A stretch of 64,000 nucleotides of DNA from Cetorhinus maximus (GCF_964194155.1 NC_135896.1:31868001-31932000); one strand, 5' to 3'. Positions 11,831-25,070 are shown, numbered from the stretch's first letter. Notes: generated from the sequence alone by a model not told the origin. Made by a program: numbers and translations.

Positions 11831-14800
11831 GTGAGAAGTCAACATAGTCAAGAGGAAAGGAGGGTGTGTGGGGAAAGTTAACAGAAAAAAAGATGTGGGG
11901 CAGGGGGAGGAGAATAAAAACAAACCAAAGCTTTTGGGGGATGCAATTAGTAGCCATAATTTGATAAATGAATTCATTTGAATTACATCATCCTATGGCA
12001 GATAAGTCAATAGAAACTCAAAGATCCTTTGAACTTTAAAAGAGCTGTTCAACTTTTAAACTGGGGACCTCGCTTTCAATACCTGTCAAAATGTTTTTTT
12101 TGCCAATTTCCAGGTGGCACTGTATCCTAGTGCCCTGGCATCCTTCAACTGTAGCATGGTAGCATATTATGTGTAAACACTGAAAGCCATTCATGGAAAG
12201 TTTATGATCTTGCTCATAATGTTGAATGGGCTTCTGACTGAGACTAAATACTCCACAAGTATGTCCTCAGATAGAACACTAACTATCACATCTCAAACAG
12301 TCTTACCCAGAAAATTGATAGTCAGCATACATGAGGATTAAAAGTGCCATTATTTCTTAATTATTTAATATATTTGTTAATTACTGAAGTCGTGTGACCA
12401 ATTGCAACATCGCTACCTTTTCAATTTTATATCTTCAACAAATGATGTCTCATTGCTGAGCCAGTCTATTGCATTTTGCTAATACTGAACTCAGTAAAGA
12501 AAGACAAACATAACAGTGATTTTGGTTTCTTAAAGCCTTTATCCATTTTGACAAAGCTGTGACAGATGACAGTTTTAACAGCCAAACACATCAAGATTTA
12601 TTTTCTGTTATTGAGCATTATCCCAGAAACAAGCCTCATTTTTCAGCACAAGACCAGTCTCATCTCTTCAAAAAGCCAATCACATTCAACAGATTTTTTT
12701 TCACAAAGGCAAAGCAGTAATTTATAAATGCACTGGATAAACCATCTTCATTATTCTATTATACGGTCTTATTTAGCCATTTGATGACCACAACAATATA
12801 CCCAACCAACAGATTGCTTATTCACCAGCCTTCAAATGAACAAACTAGTTTTATAATAATGTATAAGTATACTTAGCTACAATTTGGAAGGAAAATTAAA
12901 CTAAGTGTTTGTAACTCTCAATAAACTGAATGATATTGTGTTAGTACAGGTTAGTAATTATTTTCTTTAATGGATTATAAACTCTGGAAATAGGGAAGGG
13001 TATAAAATAAATTAACGTGTCCATTTTAATTCAGTCATAAATTAAGCACAACACTTTCCTAATGACTGTAGGATTAAGAGCCTCAAAATTCAATTTATCT
13101 TAGAGTAAAAATTATCCCAATCAAAGAGATAAAACACCATGGGATTGTGTCACCCCTATGGAGTGAGTATCCACAATAAACATGAATATACAGCCTTGGA
13201 GTTTCCACCATGGTTGCAATGCTTTTCCAGTGCAATTGACCTGAAATTGGCCAAACCAATGCAAAAGATCAAATCATTTCATTATTCAAATTACATCCAT
13301 CGCTATTTGACACAAATAGGCAGGTTTGTAAAGCTTTTACTTTGTTTTATTTTATGAAGAAACAGACCATTGCACACTATGGGAATGGGATTCCACACTA
13401 CCTGAGTGTGGCAATGTCCTGGGCAATCTGATGTGGGATCAGTACATGGTGAGTTAAAACAGTTTTCTGCTGAGCGTAGGATTGTAAGCTATAAATTGTG
13501 TAACTAGGTTTAAGGCAAATATAGTTCCATAGATAAAGAGGATGATTGAATGTGTAAAGGTTACTCAGCCATGTCTGTGATGGTCTGGAATATGTCAGCT
13601 TGGTGACTTGTGTTTATAGGAAATGGGGCCGAATTCAAGAGGACAGAATAACCATGGTGACAAGTTCATTTGACGATATTGAAAAGAAACACACTGTAAC
13701 TCTTGATGCCGATTGGCCAGGTGCCAGGGACAGTTGCATATGCACACTAGGCTCACACTGTGTCTGCCGGCATATGCACTGTTTCCCCCACCACTGGTAC
13801 ACCCATCAGCCAAGCCCAGTACTGGTCTGTGCCTGTACAATTGCTGATGTCGCTAACTCAGCCACTCTCTCTGGCATGTTCTGTCCACTGCTGGCCCACT
13901 CCCTCCACCATCCCTAGCCTTCGCCAACCCTCTCGCGAGCCATCGTCACATGCCGCTACAGTCTCCGGCCATTACGAGCCACAGTCTATCTGACTGTGAT
14001 GGTGATCAGTTATTTCTAGGTGCCAAGAGAACAGTGCATCTCAGTACATGCATGGCAATCTTGATAGCTTTCACACTACAATCGGCTTTTGAAAAATTCT
14101 GATGCAGGAACTTATATAGCATAAGCACATGTGAATATGTTTGCAATCTGGGAAATTATGTACAACAAAATGTACCCTTGTAAGCCATGTTTACTGACTG
14201 CCATTTGGGTTGTTTCTACTGGCGCTAACATGGCACTCTAATCCAGAGAGAATTCCATAAATCTGCCTCAGCTTTTCTACAGATATGCAGTATTTTAATT
14301 GTCAGAGCTCTTCAGTCACTAGATTTCACGTAATAGGCACTGCAAATACATTTGCAGGAAGTCTGCCCTCTGCAGTTGCAGCATCACCAAATTCAGATGA
14401 AGGAATTATTTTTTTAATTCATTCACGGGATGTGGGCTTTGCTGGCTGGGCCAGCAATTATTGCCCATCCCTAGCTGCTCTTGAGAAGGTGGGGGTGAGC
14501 TGCCTTCTTGAACCGTTGCAGTCCATGGGGTGTAGGGACACCCATGGTGCTGTTAGGGAGGGAGTTCCAGGATTTTGACCCAGCAACAGTGAAGGAACAG
14601 CGATATATTTCCAAGTCAGGATGGTGGGTGACTTGGAGGGGAACGTCGAGGTGGTGGTGTTCCCATCTATCTGCTGCCCTTGTCCTTTTAGATGGTCGTG
14701 GGTTTGGAAGGTGCTGTCTAAGGAGCCTTGGTGAATTCCTGCAGTGCTCCTTGTAGATGGTACACACTGTTGTCACTGTTGGTGTTGGAGAGAGTGAGTG

Positions 14801-17103
14801 TTTGTGGATGTGATGCCAATCAAGTAGGCTGCTTTGTCCTGGACGGTGTCAAGCTTCTTGAGTGTTGTGGGGGCTGCACTCATCCAGACAAGTGGAGAGT
14901 ATTCCATCACACTCCTGATTTGTGCCTTGTAGATGGTGGACAGGCTTTGGGGAGTCAGGAGGTGAATTACTTGCCGCAGGATTCCTAGCCTCTGACCTGC
15001 TCTGGTAGCCACAGTATTTATATGGCTAGTCCAGTTCAGTTTCTGGTCAATGGTAACCCCGAGGATGTTGATATTGGGGGATTCAGTGATGGTAATGCCA
15101 TTGAACATCAAGGGGCAATGATTGGATTCTCTCTTGTTGGAGATAGTCATTGCCTGACACATGTATGGCGCAAATGTGACTTGCCACTTGTCAGCCCAAG
15201 CCTGGATATTGTCCAGGTCTTGCTGCATTTGGACATGGACTGCTTCAGTATCTGAGGAGTCACGGATGGTGTTAAACATTGTGCAATCATCAGCGAACAT
15301 CCCCAATTCTGACCTTATGATGGAAGGAAGGTCATTGATGTAGCAGCTGAAGATGGTTGGGCCCAGGACACTACCCTGAGGAACTCCTGCAGTGATGTTC
15401 TGGAACTGAGATGACTGACCTCCAACAACCACATCCATCTCCCTTTGTGCTAGCTATGACTCCAACCAGCGTAGAGTTTTCCCCCCGATTCCCATTGACT
15501 CCAGTTTTGCTAGAGCTCCTTGATGCCACACTCAGTTAAATGCTGCCTTGATGTCAAGGGCAGTCACTCTTACCTCACCTCTGGAGTTCAGCTCTTTTGT
15601 ACATGTTTGAGCTAAGGCTGTAATGAGGTCAGGAACTGAGTGGCCCTGGCGGAACCCAAACTAGGCGTCAGTGAGCAGGTTATTGCTAAGCAAGTGCTGC
15701 TTGATCGCATTACTGATGACCCTTTCCATTACTTTACTGATGGTGGAGAGTAGACTGATGGGACGGTAATTGGCAATTTTCCTGGCCACTTTTCCACATA
15801 GGTGGGTAGATACCAGTGTTGTAGCTGTACTGGAACAGTTTGGCTAGGAGTGGGCTAATGTTCTGGAGCACGAGTCTTCAGCGCTATTGCCGGAATATTG
15901 TCAGGGCCCATAGCCTTTGCAGTATCCAGTGCCTTCAGCCATTTCTTGATATCACGTGGAGTGAATCGAATTGGCTAAGACTGGCATCTGTGATGCTGGG
16001 GACCCACGGAGGAGGCAGAGGTGGATCATCCATTGGGCACTTCTGGCTAAAGATTGTAGCAAATGCTTCAGCCTTATGTTTTGCACTGATGTGCTGGACT
16101 CCCTCATCATTGATGATGGGGATATTTGTGGAGCCTCCTTCTCCTCCAGTGAATTGTTTAATTGTCCACCGCCATTCACGACTGGACATGGCAGGACCCT
16201 GCAGAGCTTAGATCTTATCCATTGGTTGTGGGATCGCTTAGCCCTGTCTATCACTTGGTGGTTATGCTGTTTGGCTTGCAGGCAGTCCTGTGTTATTGCT
16301 TCACCAAGTTGACACCTCATTTTTAGGAATGCCTGGTGCTGCTCCTGGCATGTCCTCTTGCACTCTTCATTGAACCACAGTTGATCCCCTGGCTTGATGG
16401 TAATGGTAGAGTGGGGGATATGCCAGGCCATGAGGTTACAGATTGTGTTTGAGTACAATTCTGCTGCTGCTGATGGCCCACAGTGCCTCATGGATGCCCA
16501 GTCTTGAGTTGCTGGATCTGTTCGAAATTTATTCCATTTAGCACGATGGTAGTGCCACAGAACACAACGGATGGTATCCTCAATGTGAAGATGGGACTTA
16601 GTCTCCACAACAACTGTGCAATGGTCACTCCTACCAATACTGTCATGGACAGATGCATCTGCGGCAGGCAGGTTGGTGAGGATGAGGTCAAGTATGTTTT
16701 TCCCTCTTGTTGGTTAGTTCACCATCTGCTGCAGACCCAGCCCAGCAGCTGTCATTTAGAACTCAGCCAGCTTGGTCAGTAATGGTGCTACCGAGCCACT
16801 CTTGGTGATGGACATCAAAGTCTCCGATCCAGAGTACATTCTGCACCCTAGCCACCCTCAGTGCTTCCTCCAAGTGGTGTTCAACATGGAGGAGCACTGA
16901 TTGGGGGAGGGCGGTATGTGATAATCAGCAGAAGGTTTCCTTGCCCATGTTTGACCTGATGCCATGAAACTTCATGGGGGTCGGTGTCGATGTTGAGAAC
17001 GCACTGGGCAACTGCTTTCAAACTGTATACCACTGTGCTGCCACCTCTGCTGGGTCTGTCCTGCTGGTGGGACAGGACATACCCAAGGATAGTGATGGTG
17101 GTA

Positions 17104-17158
17104 CAAAAACAAAAAATGCTGATGCTGAATCCAGCATTCGCAGTACTTTGCCTTTATT
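17104..17158. mobile_element. 55-bp Penelope pLTR-derived insertion
   Basis: 15-bp TSD atagtgatggtggta at 17089-17103 and 17159-17173. Insert has aaaaacaaaaaatgctg and tccagcattcgcagtactttgc, matching pLTR pieces at 39326-39560. Confidence 0.8.
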
Positions 17159-17399
17159 ATAGTGATGGTGGTATCTGGAACATTAGCTTTAAGGTATGGT
17201 TCCATGAGGATGATTATGTCAGGTTGTTGCTTTACTAGTCTGTGAGACAGCTCTCCCAATTTTGGCATTAGCCCCCAGATGTTAGTTAGAAGGAATTTGC
17301 AGGGTCAACAGGGCTGAAATTACCATTGTCATTTCCGGTGCCTAGGTCGATGCCGGGCGGTCTGTCAATTTTCATTCCTTTTTTGTGACTTTGTAGCGG

Positions 17400-17655
17400 T
17401 TTGCTACAACTGAGTGGCTTGCTAGGCCATTTCAGAGGGCATTTAAGAGTCAACCTTCCTAAAGGACATTAGTGAACCAGATGGGTTTTTACAACAATCG
17501 ATGATCAAAGTCATTAGACTCATAATTCCAGATTTTTATTGAATTCAAATTCCACCATCTGCCATGGTGGGATTTGAACCTGGGTCCCCAGGGCATTACC
17601 CTGGGTCTCTGGATTATTGGTCCAGTGATAATACCACTACGCAATTGCTTCCCCC
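17400..17655 (-). promoter_or_regulatory. tRNA-derived Pol III head plus Deu-domain-like body (SacSINE1-like)
   Basis: A box TTGCGTAGTGG (17644-17634), B box GGTTCAAATCC (17580-17570), then ctggttcactaatgtcctttaggaagg and gccctctgaaatggcctagcaagccactcagtt as recalled for DeuSINEs. Confidence 0.75.
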
Positions 17656-19689
17656 TAAATAGGGGGGAATCGGGGTCTATTATTTATCTTTACTATGATT
17701 ACATGTGTAAGATGCAAGGAATGTCATGATTAAAAGTAAAATTCATGCATAGGCATGAGTGTATCAGTGTATAGTAGCACTCCTACTGCAGAAGGAAATC
17801 CTTGGAAGTGGAGATGGACTGGTTCCAGGAGAATTGAATGTCTACTTCATGGATAGTGTAAAGTATATCTGTGATCTGTGTTTTCAGCTTGGAAATGTTC
17901 TGTTTTGTGGTGTAAAGTATAAATCTTTTGTTACAGTAAAAGTCTTGTGTCATCCTTTCAGATATTGGCTGGAAGCTCAAATTTCTTTCTCTAAGTTCTC
18001 TGCCTCTATAGAGATCATAACAGAAAGGACAGGAAAGGCTGCCAAGCTCTCTTCCACACCCCTTTTATCTTCTCTGACCTTGGAGCCCCAAACTTGCGTA
18101 GTTCAACTGGAATTGTTAGATACAAAGGAGGAACTGTTCGATGCCTCTTTGGCCCCTCAGGTACTCATCACCCTACAGCAGTTCAGTCAACCCCCAGTTA
18201 TTGAGGAGAGTTGGAGGTGCACAATTGAGCAGATGGGTGACCATGAATCTTCCAGTCCCTAAGGAGGTTGGGAAGGCAACACTACTTTTAGTGGTAAAGC
18301 TAAAGAGTAACACAGAAAGGGAAAAAGATTGTGCAGGAGGACATAAAGAAAAATCCACCAGAGTTAATATCAGGCCTTACACAGCATACAAATGTTGTAA
18401 AAACATTCCATAGTAAATCTTCCATTGGACATTTGAAATACAACAAAAGGTCTAGAAAAAAGAGAAGGAAAAAAAGTCCACAGCATAAGTTAAAATTGTT
18501 ATGTGAAAGTAATAACATCAGTATGTTCAGCATAGTCTTTTCTTATTGTAAAAGGAAAAGTTGGCTGAATTTTTTTTCGGTTTCTGAGACTGGGTGAATT
18601 TGTGGCAGTGCCCTGATCTGCAGATAAAAGATTTCTTAAAAGAAAATGTATGTGTCATGTTTATTTTCGGTATGAACACCACCTACTATTCCGTTCACAG
18701 AGTAAAAAGCTATTTCATCCTCTGTACTCTTGTCTTTGATATTGGAAGCATTAAGTTTTAATTGATGTCTTTCCTACAAGTGTGTGCTGTTTTAAGTTCA
18801 TTAGTTGTTTTCTCTATGTATCTACAGACATGCATATTATTTTTCAGATATTTGGGCCAAGTTTTTGGTTTTGAACTGATTTGAATTGAATATCCCTTGG
18901 GCTCTCCACGTTAAATTTGGCACATGGAATTCATAACCTATTACAAGGGTCAATGGCCCAGATTTTGCAGTGAGTAGCCGGGGGAGGGGAGGCTGATCGT
19001 GAACTGTCAGCGTGCACTGTCAGTATGCCTTTAAAACTGACAGCAACTTCAGAATTTTGGGCAAGCGGGGATTAGCATGGGGCAATCTTGTAGTTGTGTT
19101 ATGTCATTCAAGGCTCTGCCACAGGTTGCTTGAAGAACCTCTCCCAGAGCCAATAATCACTCAAATCAGTGAGAATTTTCAACTTCCCCACTCTAATATC
19201 TCTGTTGGAAACCCTATCAAAAGTTACACCTTGTTCAATCAGGTCTAACTGGATTTTTAATGGTGATGTGACAGAACTGGCGCTGAAAACATAGTTTTAT
19301 ATTTATGGAGTGTTGTTAATTGATTAATTAGTAGATTTCAAAAACTTTTTTAATAATTAAAAACGGAATGGTTTAGCTTCAACCTTCAACTCATCTGTAT
19401 GTCTCAATCTTTTATTTACTCCATGGCAAGTTTTAAAAAATGATTTTATTGCTTTTAGTTTCCTATTTGGATGTCTGTGAAAATTCTTTAATGTGATTGG
19501 TTCCTTGGACAGCTTGATGACATTGCCCCAGCTTCAAGCAGGCAATCTCCAATAGAGAACGCTGCAGTCAGTTGCAGTGTCACTGCACGATGATAGAGGT
19601 GAAATTCTTACCAGAGAGAGCACTAGCTGGCCCAGCGAGGATTACCTCGAGGTCTGCACCTTCGCTGTTGACAGCACACGCTGAACTCA

Positions 19690-20220
19690 TGAGGAATGAT
19701 TCCCACTCGCCGGGGCCCGCTCGATGTGTGTGCATCCCGACGTCACCGCGCGTTATTTAGGTTTTCAGTTCGGTGTGTGCGCAGCCGAGTTGGCTGCATG
19801 CCCGCCGAACTGTCAAAGGCCTGTTAAGGCCATTAATTAACAAATTAAGGCTATTGAGAAAGCTGCCCATCCAACCTTAAGGTTGTCGGGCAGACGAAGA
19901 GCCCAGGCGGCCTTCACATTTTTCATGGAGCCTCATCCACGGGCAGGATGAGGTTTCATGAAGGGTTTATAAATTAAATAAATTTTTTCATTAAAGTTCA
20001 TTGACATGCCCATGTTCATGAAACACTGTCACATGAGGGGATGTGTCTTAATTTTTTTTTTCATCTTTATTAAAATTATTAAAACTTAAAACTTATCTCC
20101 CTGAGGCACCTCTTGCCTGCCCATGTAAAATGGCGGCTTGGACCCGATCGGGGGCACCAATCAGGTCCGCGCCTGCCCACGCCCGCCCCCTCACAACCCC
20201 ACCGATGGGGTGGGGGGGGC
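19690..20220 (+). mobile_element. Truncated, internally deleted Harbinger MITE
   Basis: Shares ttaaggccattaattaa, ccaaccttaaggttg, cctcatcc...ggatgaggtttcatg and ctccctgaggc modules with 10155-10860; TIRs not visible. Confidence 0.8.
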
Positions 20221-21523
20221 ATGTTCTTTCCATAATCAGAAATTGCTAATTGGGTTCAGAGATAAACACATTGGGTGGAATCATCTGGCCCAGTTGACGG
20301 CAGGCATCATGGCAGGCGGTTGGGGGGGGTGAGGGGGAACAACATGGCGAGAAGGCCAAGAATTGGTTTCACACCATTGTGGAATCAGCTTGCGATTATC
20401 TGCTCCAGACGTCAATGGCAGGCCATTTTTCCCACCGCCACACATTGGGAACCTAATTGCAATACTTTAGCATCTCATTATAAGCCCTGTTCACTGAAAT
20501 CATCCCCCCACGTCAAATTTACCAACCACGTTGGCGTGACCTCGGAGCGGCGAGCTTCACGACTGCCTTAAAAAGGCTTGAACCTGGCGACCTGAATTTC
20601 GAGGGGAACTCGGAGGTGAGTGCACACAACCTTGGGCAGTGCTCAGAAGCATCATCCGTAGGAATCAAGGAAGAGGCGCTGTGCCTTTAGAGGACAGTGT
20701 GGGGGGCGGCAGGGGGGCGGTGTGGGCAGTCATAGTCAAGTCGCGTTTTCCTGGCTAGTTTTCAGTGCGATGCCAGGGCAAGGACTCCAGTACGGGTGAG
20801 GCCAGGGGATGGAGGGCTGGGCAGCATAGACTGAAGGAAACTCACAAACATTTGCTGGTGGCTGGAGGGAGGGGGGGTTGAAGGAAATGGCCACACACTT
20901 GGAAAGGCTTGTCAAAAGTGAGCATTCTTTCGCAGCTGAGACTGTTCACCAGCAGCTCCATTGACATGCTTGGAGTCGGGCCTCTGAAGCATTTCTGCCC
21001 ATTCAGGCAACACAAAAACATGAAAGTGCCACCAAATGTTCCAGAACTTTTCACCCCTCGGGCGCAGACTGCAAGTTAATGTGTGTTTTAGTGGGCAGGC
21101 AGAGCAATTGGACGACTGGACAAGTTGTACAATCCCCTCACAAAAGGTGGCCATGGTGCAGTCACTGGTGGAGGCGATCACAGCCCCTTGCAATGTCTTT
21201 ATTAAGGTTTGGACCAGTATCCATTATGGTTCAAGCTAACAGGGCAGCCTTGCAGTGCAGGATGGGAGAATGACTGCGCCTGAGCTGAGAGCACAGCGTG
21301 CAGTCCAGTAGGCGAAGCTGCCACCAATTGGTCAAGTAGAGTGGGGCAGAGGGGTGTTTCGGACAGCCATGAAGCGCACTGCACACTGGCCATCTAAGTA
21401 GTGGTCAGCACTCTCCTGCATGCGTGAAGGGGCCTTGAGACTTATCCAAGAGAGGTTCTTAGGACACATATGCTAACCCACACATCTCTCTCATTGATCC
21501 TGCAGGAGAAGAAGATCAGGATC

Positions 21524-22670
21524 ATGGAGCCTGGTGATTTAGCGGTCTGCCTCATGGCTTACACCTCCCTCAAGATGAATGGGTAGCAGGGTCTGCTGCA
21601 CACGCAGCTGAAGATCCACAGAGAGCCAATTCTCGTAGGCACTTTGCTAGCCCCAAGGTCTATAGCCGGTGCTTATCATTCCTGCAGATGACTGAGAGGC
21701 AGTGTCGCCATAGACTGCGCATGTCTAGGGAACTGGTTGGTCATATATGCCACCTGCTGCAGGATTTGGTGCCACAGGTTCATGGAGGGCATCCACTGCC
21801 AGTGGCCGTAAAAGTGACCATGGTGTTCCATTTTTACGCCAGTGGCTCCTTACGGGGCTCCACAGGTGACCTGTGCAGGATGTCACAAGCTTTCACACGC
21901 AAGTGCATCTAGGAGGTCATGGATGCCATCTTCGCGAAGGCATAGAACTTTGTGCATTTCGACTGGGACCAGGAAAGCCAGGAAGCAAAAGCGCTGGGAT
22001 TTGTGCAGATCCCTGGTTTCCCACAGGTGCAGGGTGTCATCAACTGCACTCACATGGCACTTAGATCTCCGTGGCAACAAGCAGTCAACTACAACAACTG
22101 TAAGGGCTTCCACTTGCTGAATGTCCAGCTGGCCTGCGACCACCACAAACGCATCCTACAGGTCTGCGCATGGTTCCCAGGGAGAGTTCATGACTCCTAC
22201 ATCCTTAGCAGGTCTCAGATCCCTGACATCTTTCAGGGTCCACAGAGGCTGCAGGGTTGGCTCCTCAGGGTCAAGGATGTGTCTGATGTCGCCCATGCGG
22301 CGGCTTCAGACCGCAGCAGAGTTTACGGCACAATGAGACTCATGCTGTGAGCCGGATTTTGGCGGGGCAATGAATGGGCATTTTGAAAATGAGGTTCCAT
22401 TGCCTCGACAGATCCGGTGGAGCACTGCAATACAGTGCCCTGAGGGTGTCGGGTATAATCGTTGCTTGTTGTGTGCTACACAACCTGGCACTGTAACGGG
22501 GCGGAGGACCTGGCTGAGGAGGAGTTAGAGGAGCTGCATGTCTCTTCCGATGAGGGGGACATCAAAGGGGATGACGGCGATGAGGCCAATCGCACTGGCC
22601 AGACAAGGCAGGCGCTTGGGAGGCCCTAATAGCCGCAAGGTTTGTAGGGGGTGATGACGAGATGCAGTGA
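21524..22670 (+). pseudogene. HARBI1-like Harbinger transposase pseudogene
   Basis: MEPGDLAVCLMAY...MTERQCRHRLRMSRELV...LPVAVKVT...VQGVINCTHMAL...NVQLACDH...FPGRVHDSYIL...LKMRFHCLDRSGGALQY...CCVLHNLA...ALIAARF. First catalytic D reads N and the GDxGY motif is lost. Probable 5' UTR intron 20616-21505 (gag|gtgagt ... cctgcag|). Confidence 0.93.
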
Positions 22671-22935
22671 GGACAGTCCTGACATCCTCGCCTTGCATCA
22701 ATGGAGGTTTAACTCCCGTATGGCTGTTGGCAGTGCACATACCCTCAGTGCTCAGGCTCATGTCCTGGAAATGCAGCAGAGGCCTTAATAGTCGCTAGAT
22801 TCCAGGAGGATGATGATGATATGCAGCGAGGACACTCCATAAATCTTCACATTGCCCCTATGAATGTCTGACTCCTGTCTGGCTGAGGGCAGCTCGCTTG
22901 CGCTCTGTGATCAGGGTCATATCATGGAGACGCAG
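22619..22935 (+). repeat. Diverged ~160-bp tandem duplication of the transposase C-terminus/3' UTR
   Basis: gaggccctaatagccgcaaggttt...gatgcagtgaggaca versus gaggccttaatagtcgctagattc...tatgcagcgaggaca, with the downstream halves also alignable. Confidence 0.75.
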
Positions 22936-23389
22936 CCGTGAAACTTTAAATGCACCTGATCCTTTTCAGCCTTCAGCACCTGACCCCTTCAGGTACACAC
23001 TGTCACCAGGCACAGATACTGAAGAGATGGGAGCCAGCCCCATCTCAGAGGTGCTGAGAGCACACAGAGAGAATGATGGAACTCTGTGATATCTGCCCAC
23101 AACATTCTGGCAGCAATGACCAGCACCATCGAGGTGCAGGCATCACTGATGTGTCCAATGAGTGTGAAGCTGGACCGTCACTTTGGTCTGAAGGTTACAC
23201 TCTGCACAGGGAAGAGGCCCTGGACTGAGACACCTGCCTTTATCTTGTGCAGGGACCAAGGGTTCACATCTGAGTGACACGCACACTGCTCATCATAACA
23301 AGGAGCCATAGCAGGGAGATATAGTTGGGGGTTTATTTACAATGGTGAACATTGTGCACAAGTGATTAACACCCATGGTCAGGCTGTGT

Positions 23390-25070
23390 GACTACATCTT
23401 CTTAATCTTCCTAAACTGCTGTTATATCTTGGTGCTCCCCTGACACCCACAGCGGAGGTGGAGGCAACCTGCTGACCGCTACACCCTGTTTGCAATGACC
23501 TTGACGGGCATCCTCTGGAGAGACAAAACCTGGAGGGCCCCGGCCTGCTTTTGGGGTCCCACTTTGTGGCAGTGGCACCCTCCTCAATCTGTCGAGCTGG
23601 ATTTACTGAGGTCACAGGAAGCGGGGTTCGGGTGGGCTCGACACTCCTGGAGTCACCAGGTGGATGGCCCCGGGGTGTGCACCGAGGACACCTGGCTAAC
23701 TCCTTGAGGGGAAGGGGAAGCTGGAGTGAGATCAAACTGCCCCCCATCCGTCTCACATTGACACTGTTGGAGGCCAACTATGTCATCAGCGATGGAGTTC
23801 AACCCGTGCAGCAGTGCAGGACCAATGTCCTAATCCAAGGTCTCTAGGGCAGCCGCCATCCTGCCAGTATTGACTTTGGTGTATTGGCATGCTGGCGTTA
23901 TCACCTCAGACTGAAGGTGGACAGACTCCTCCATCGTGCCTTGCAATCTGAGGAGTGCAGCGGACATCCCTTCCTGATGTTCCCGAACTTGCCTTTGCAG
24001 CTCCAGCAACTGGGGTATGACCAAGTCTAGAGGATCCTCATCTGACTTGGACTCAGCAAATTTCTGGCCTCCAGCAGTCCTCTGAGTGCCGGAAATGTGG
24101 GAAGTTCCTGCCTCTGCCTGCTGCAAATCACTAGATTGTGACCTCGAGGCTACTATACAACTAAGTCCCACCGAGGTGTGTGCCCCTGCACTGGTGGAGG
24201 GTGTGGGTGAGTGCTGTGATGGGTCTTCAATGAGGGTGTCATCAGATTCTTCTTCCGGGGTGTCTTCAGGGCTTGAGTTGAGGACCTGGCTTGTGGAGCC
24301 CTCAGTTGTTTTCCAAATGTGCCTGTGAAAGCAAGGAGAGATAATTAGTGCACAGCAGGGGACTGCGGAACAGGGGAACTGACTCACAGCATTGTTGTCT
24401 GATGGATGTTACACTGCTGGATCCTCACTTGGTTGAGCACCGTCATCCTCACCCTCAGCACAGCAATGGTCCAGATCGTTGCCGGCCAGCTGGATGACTT
24501 TATTTTCCATGTCTGTGAGGACCTTGATGTCGGGCGTTCCTCCACCAGTCTGTGACCTCTCCCTTTTGTTGTGTGCCAGCTTGTCGTGCATGAATACGGA
24601 TAGAGAGAATGTAAACAGGATGCCTGCCAGGCCAGATGAGAAGGGTGCCTGACATGTGCGGATGGTGTGTGGTAGCATGGATGGGATGAGGACATGGTCT
24701 GCAGGGCAGCTGAATGTGCGTGTGAGTGAATGTTGATTTCCCTTCAACTGGCTGTGAGTGAGATCCCTATGGATTTGTGATGTGTTTGTGAGTGCGTGAG
24801 TTGAGAGTGATGAGAAGAGTGACTTACCCCGGCAGAACAGAGGAGATCATTCATCCTCTTTCTGCACTGGTTGGCTGTCCTCTCTTGCAAGGCGTTGGTC
24901 CTGAGCACCGCTGCCACTGCCTCCTTTGCTGAATTTGTCACCTTGCTTGCTGGTCTTAGTGGACAGCAAAGGTAGAGGACTTCTTGGCGGGCCTCCACTG
25001 CGTCCAGTAGATGCCCAAGGGAAGCGTCACTAAATTTTGGGGCAGCATGTTTCTTCCCTTTGGCAGCCAT
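23390..25070 (-). pseudogene. Harbinger Myb/SANT-like DNA-binding protein pseudogene (3 exons)
   Basis: Exon 1 (25070-24828) MAAKGKKHAAPKFSDASLGHLLDAVEARQEVL...QCRKRMNDLL|gtaagt. Exon 2 (24585-24429) DKLAHNKRERSQTGGGTPDIKVLT, acceptor mutated to CAC. Exon 3 from 24322 (ttcacag|), acidic and coiled-coil, C-terminal ASTS...GAPR. TATA-like atttaaa near 25130. Confidence 0.92.

Larger units (their letters stand above)
14408..17655 (-). mobile_element. Near full-length single-ORF APE-RT LINE (CR1/L2 group) with tRNA-derived 5' head
   Basis: APE start LTNIWGLMPKLGELSHRL; RT GVPQGSVLGPTIFSCYINDLP...FADD...WADKWQVTF; 3' tail gggcaataattgctggcc...cacatcccgtgaatgaat(A)n. No ORF1 between head and APE. 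Frameshifted. Confidence 0.9.

Noticed and set aside
17560-17655. tRNA gene
   Set aside because: A and B boxes belong to a SINE-type head with an expanded spacer; no cloverleaf or T-run terminator.
17759-18262. 167-aa plus-strand ORF
   Set aside because: No recognisable domain or exon structure; the antisense strand may be an old retroelement relic, but I cannot support that.
21524-25070. Domesticated host HARBI1 or NAIF1 genes
   Set aside because: Stops, frameshifts, lost catalytic residues, a mutated acceptor and the paired transposon context indicate dead elements.
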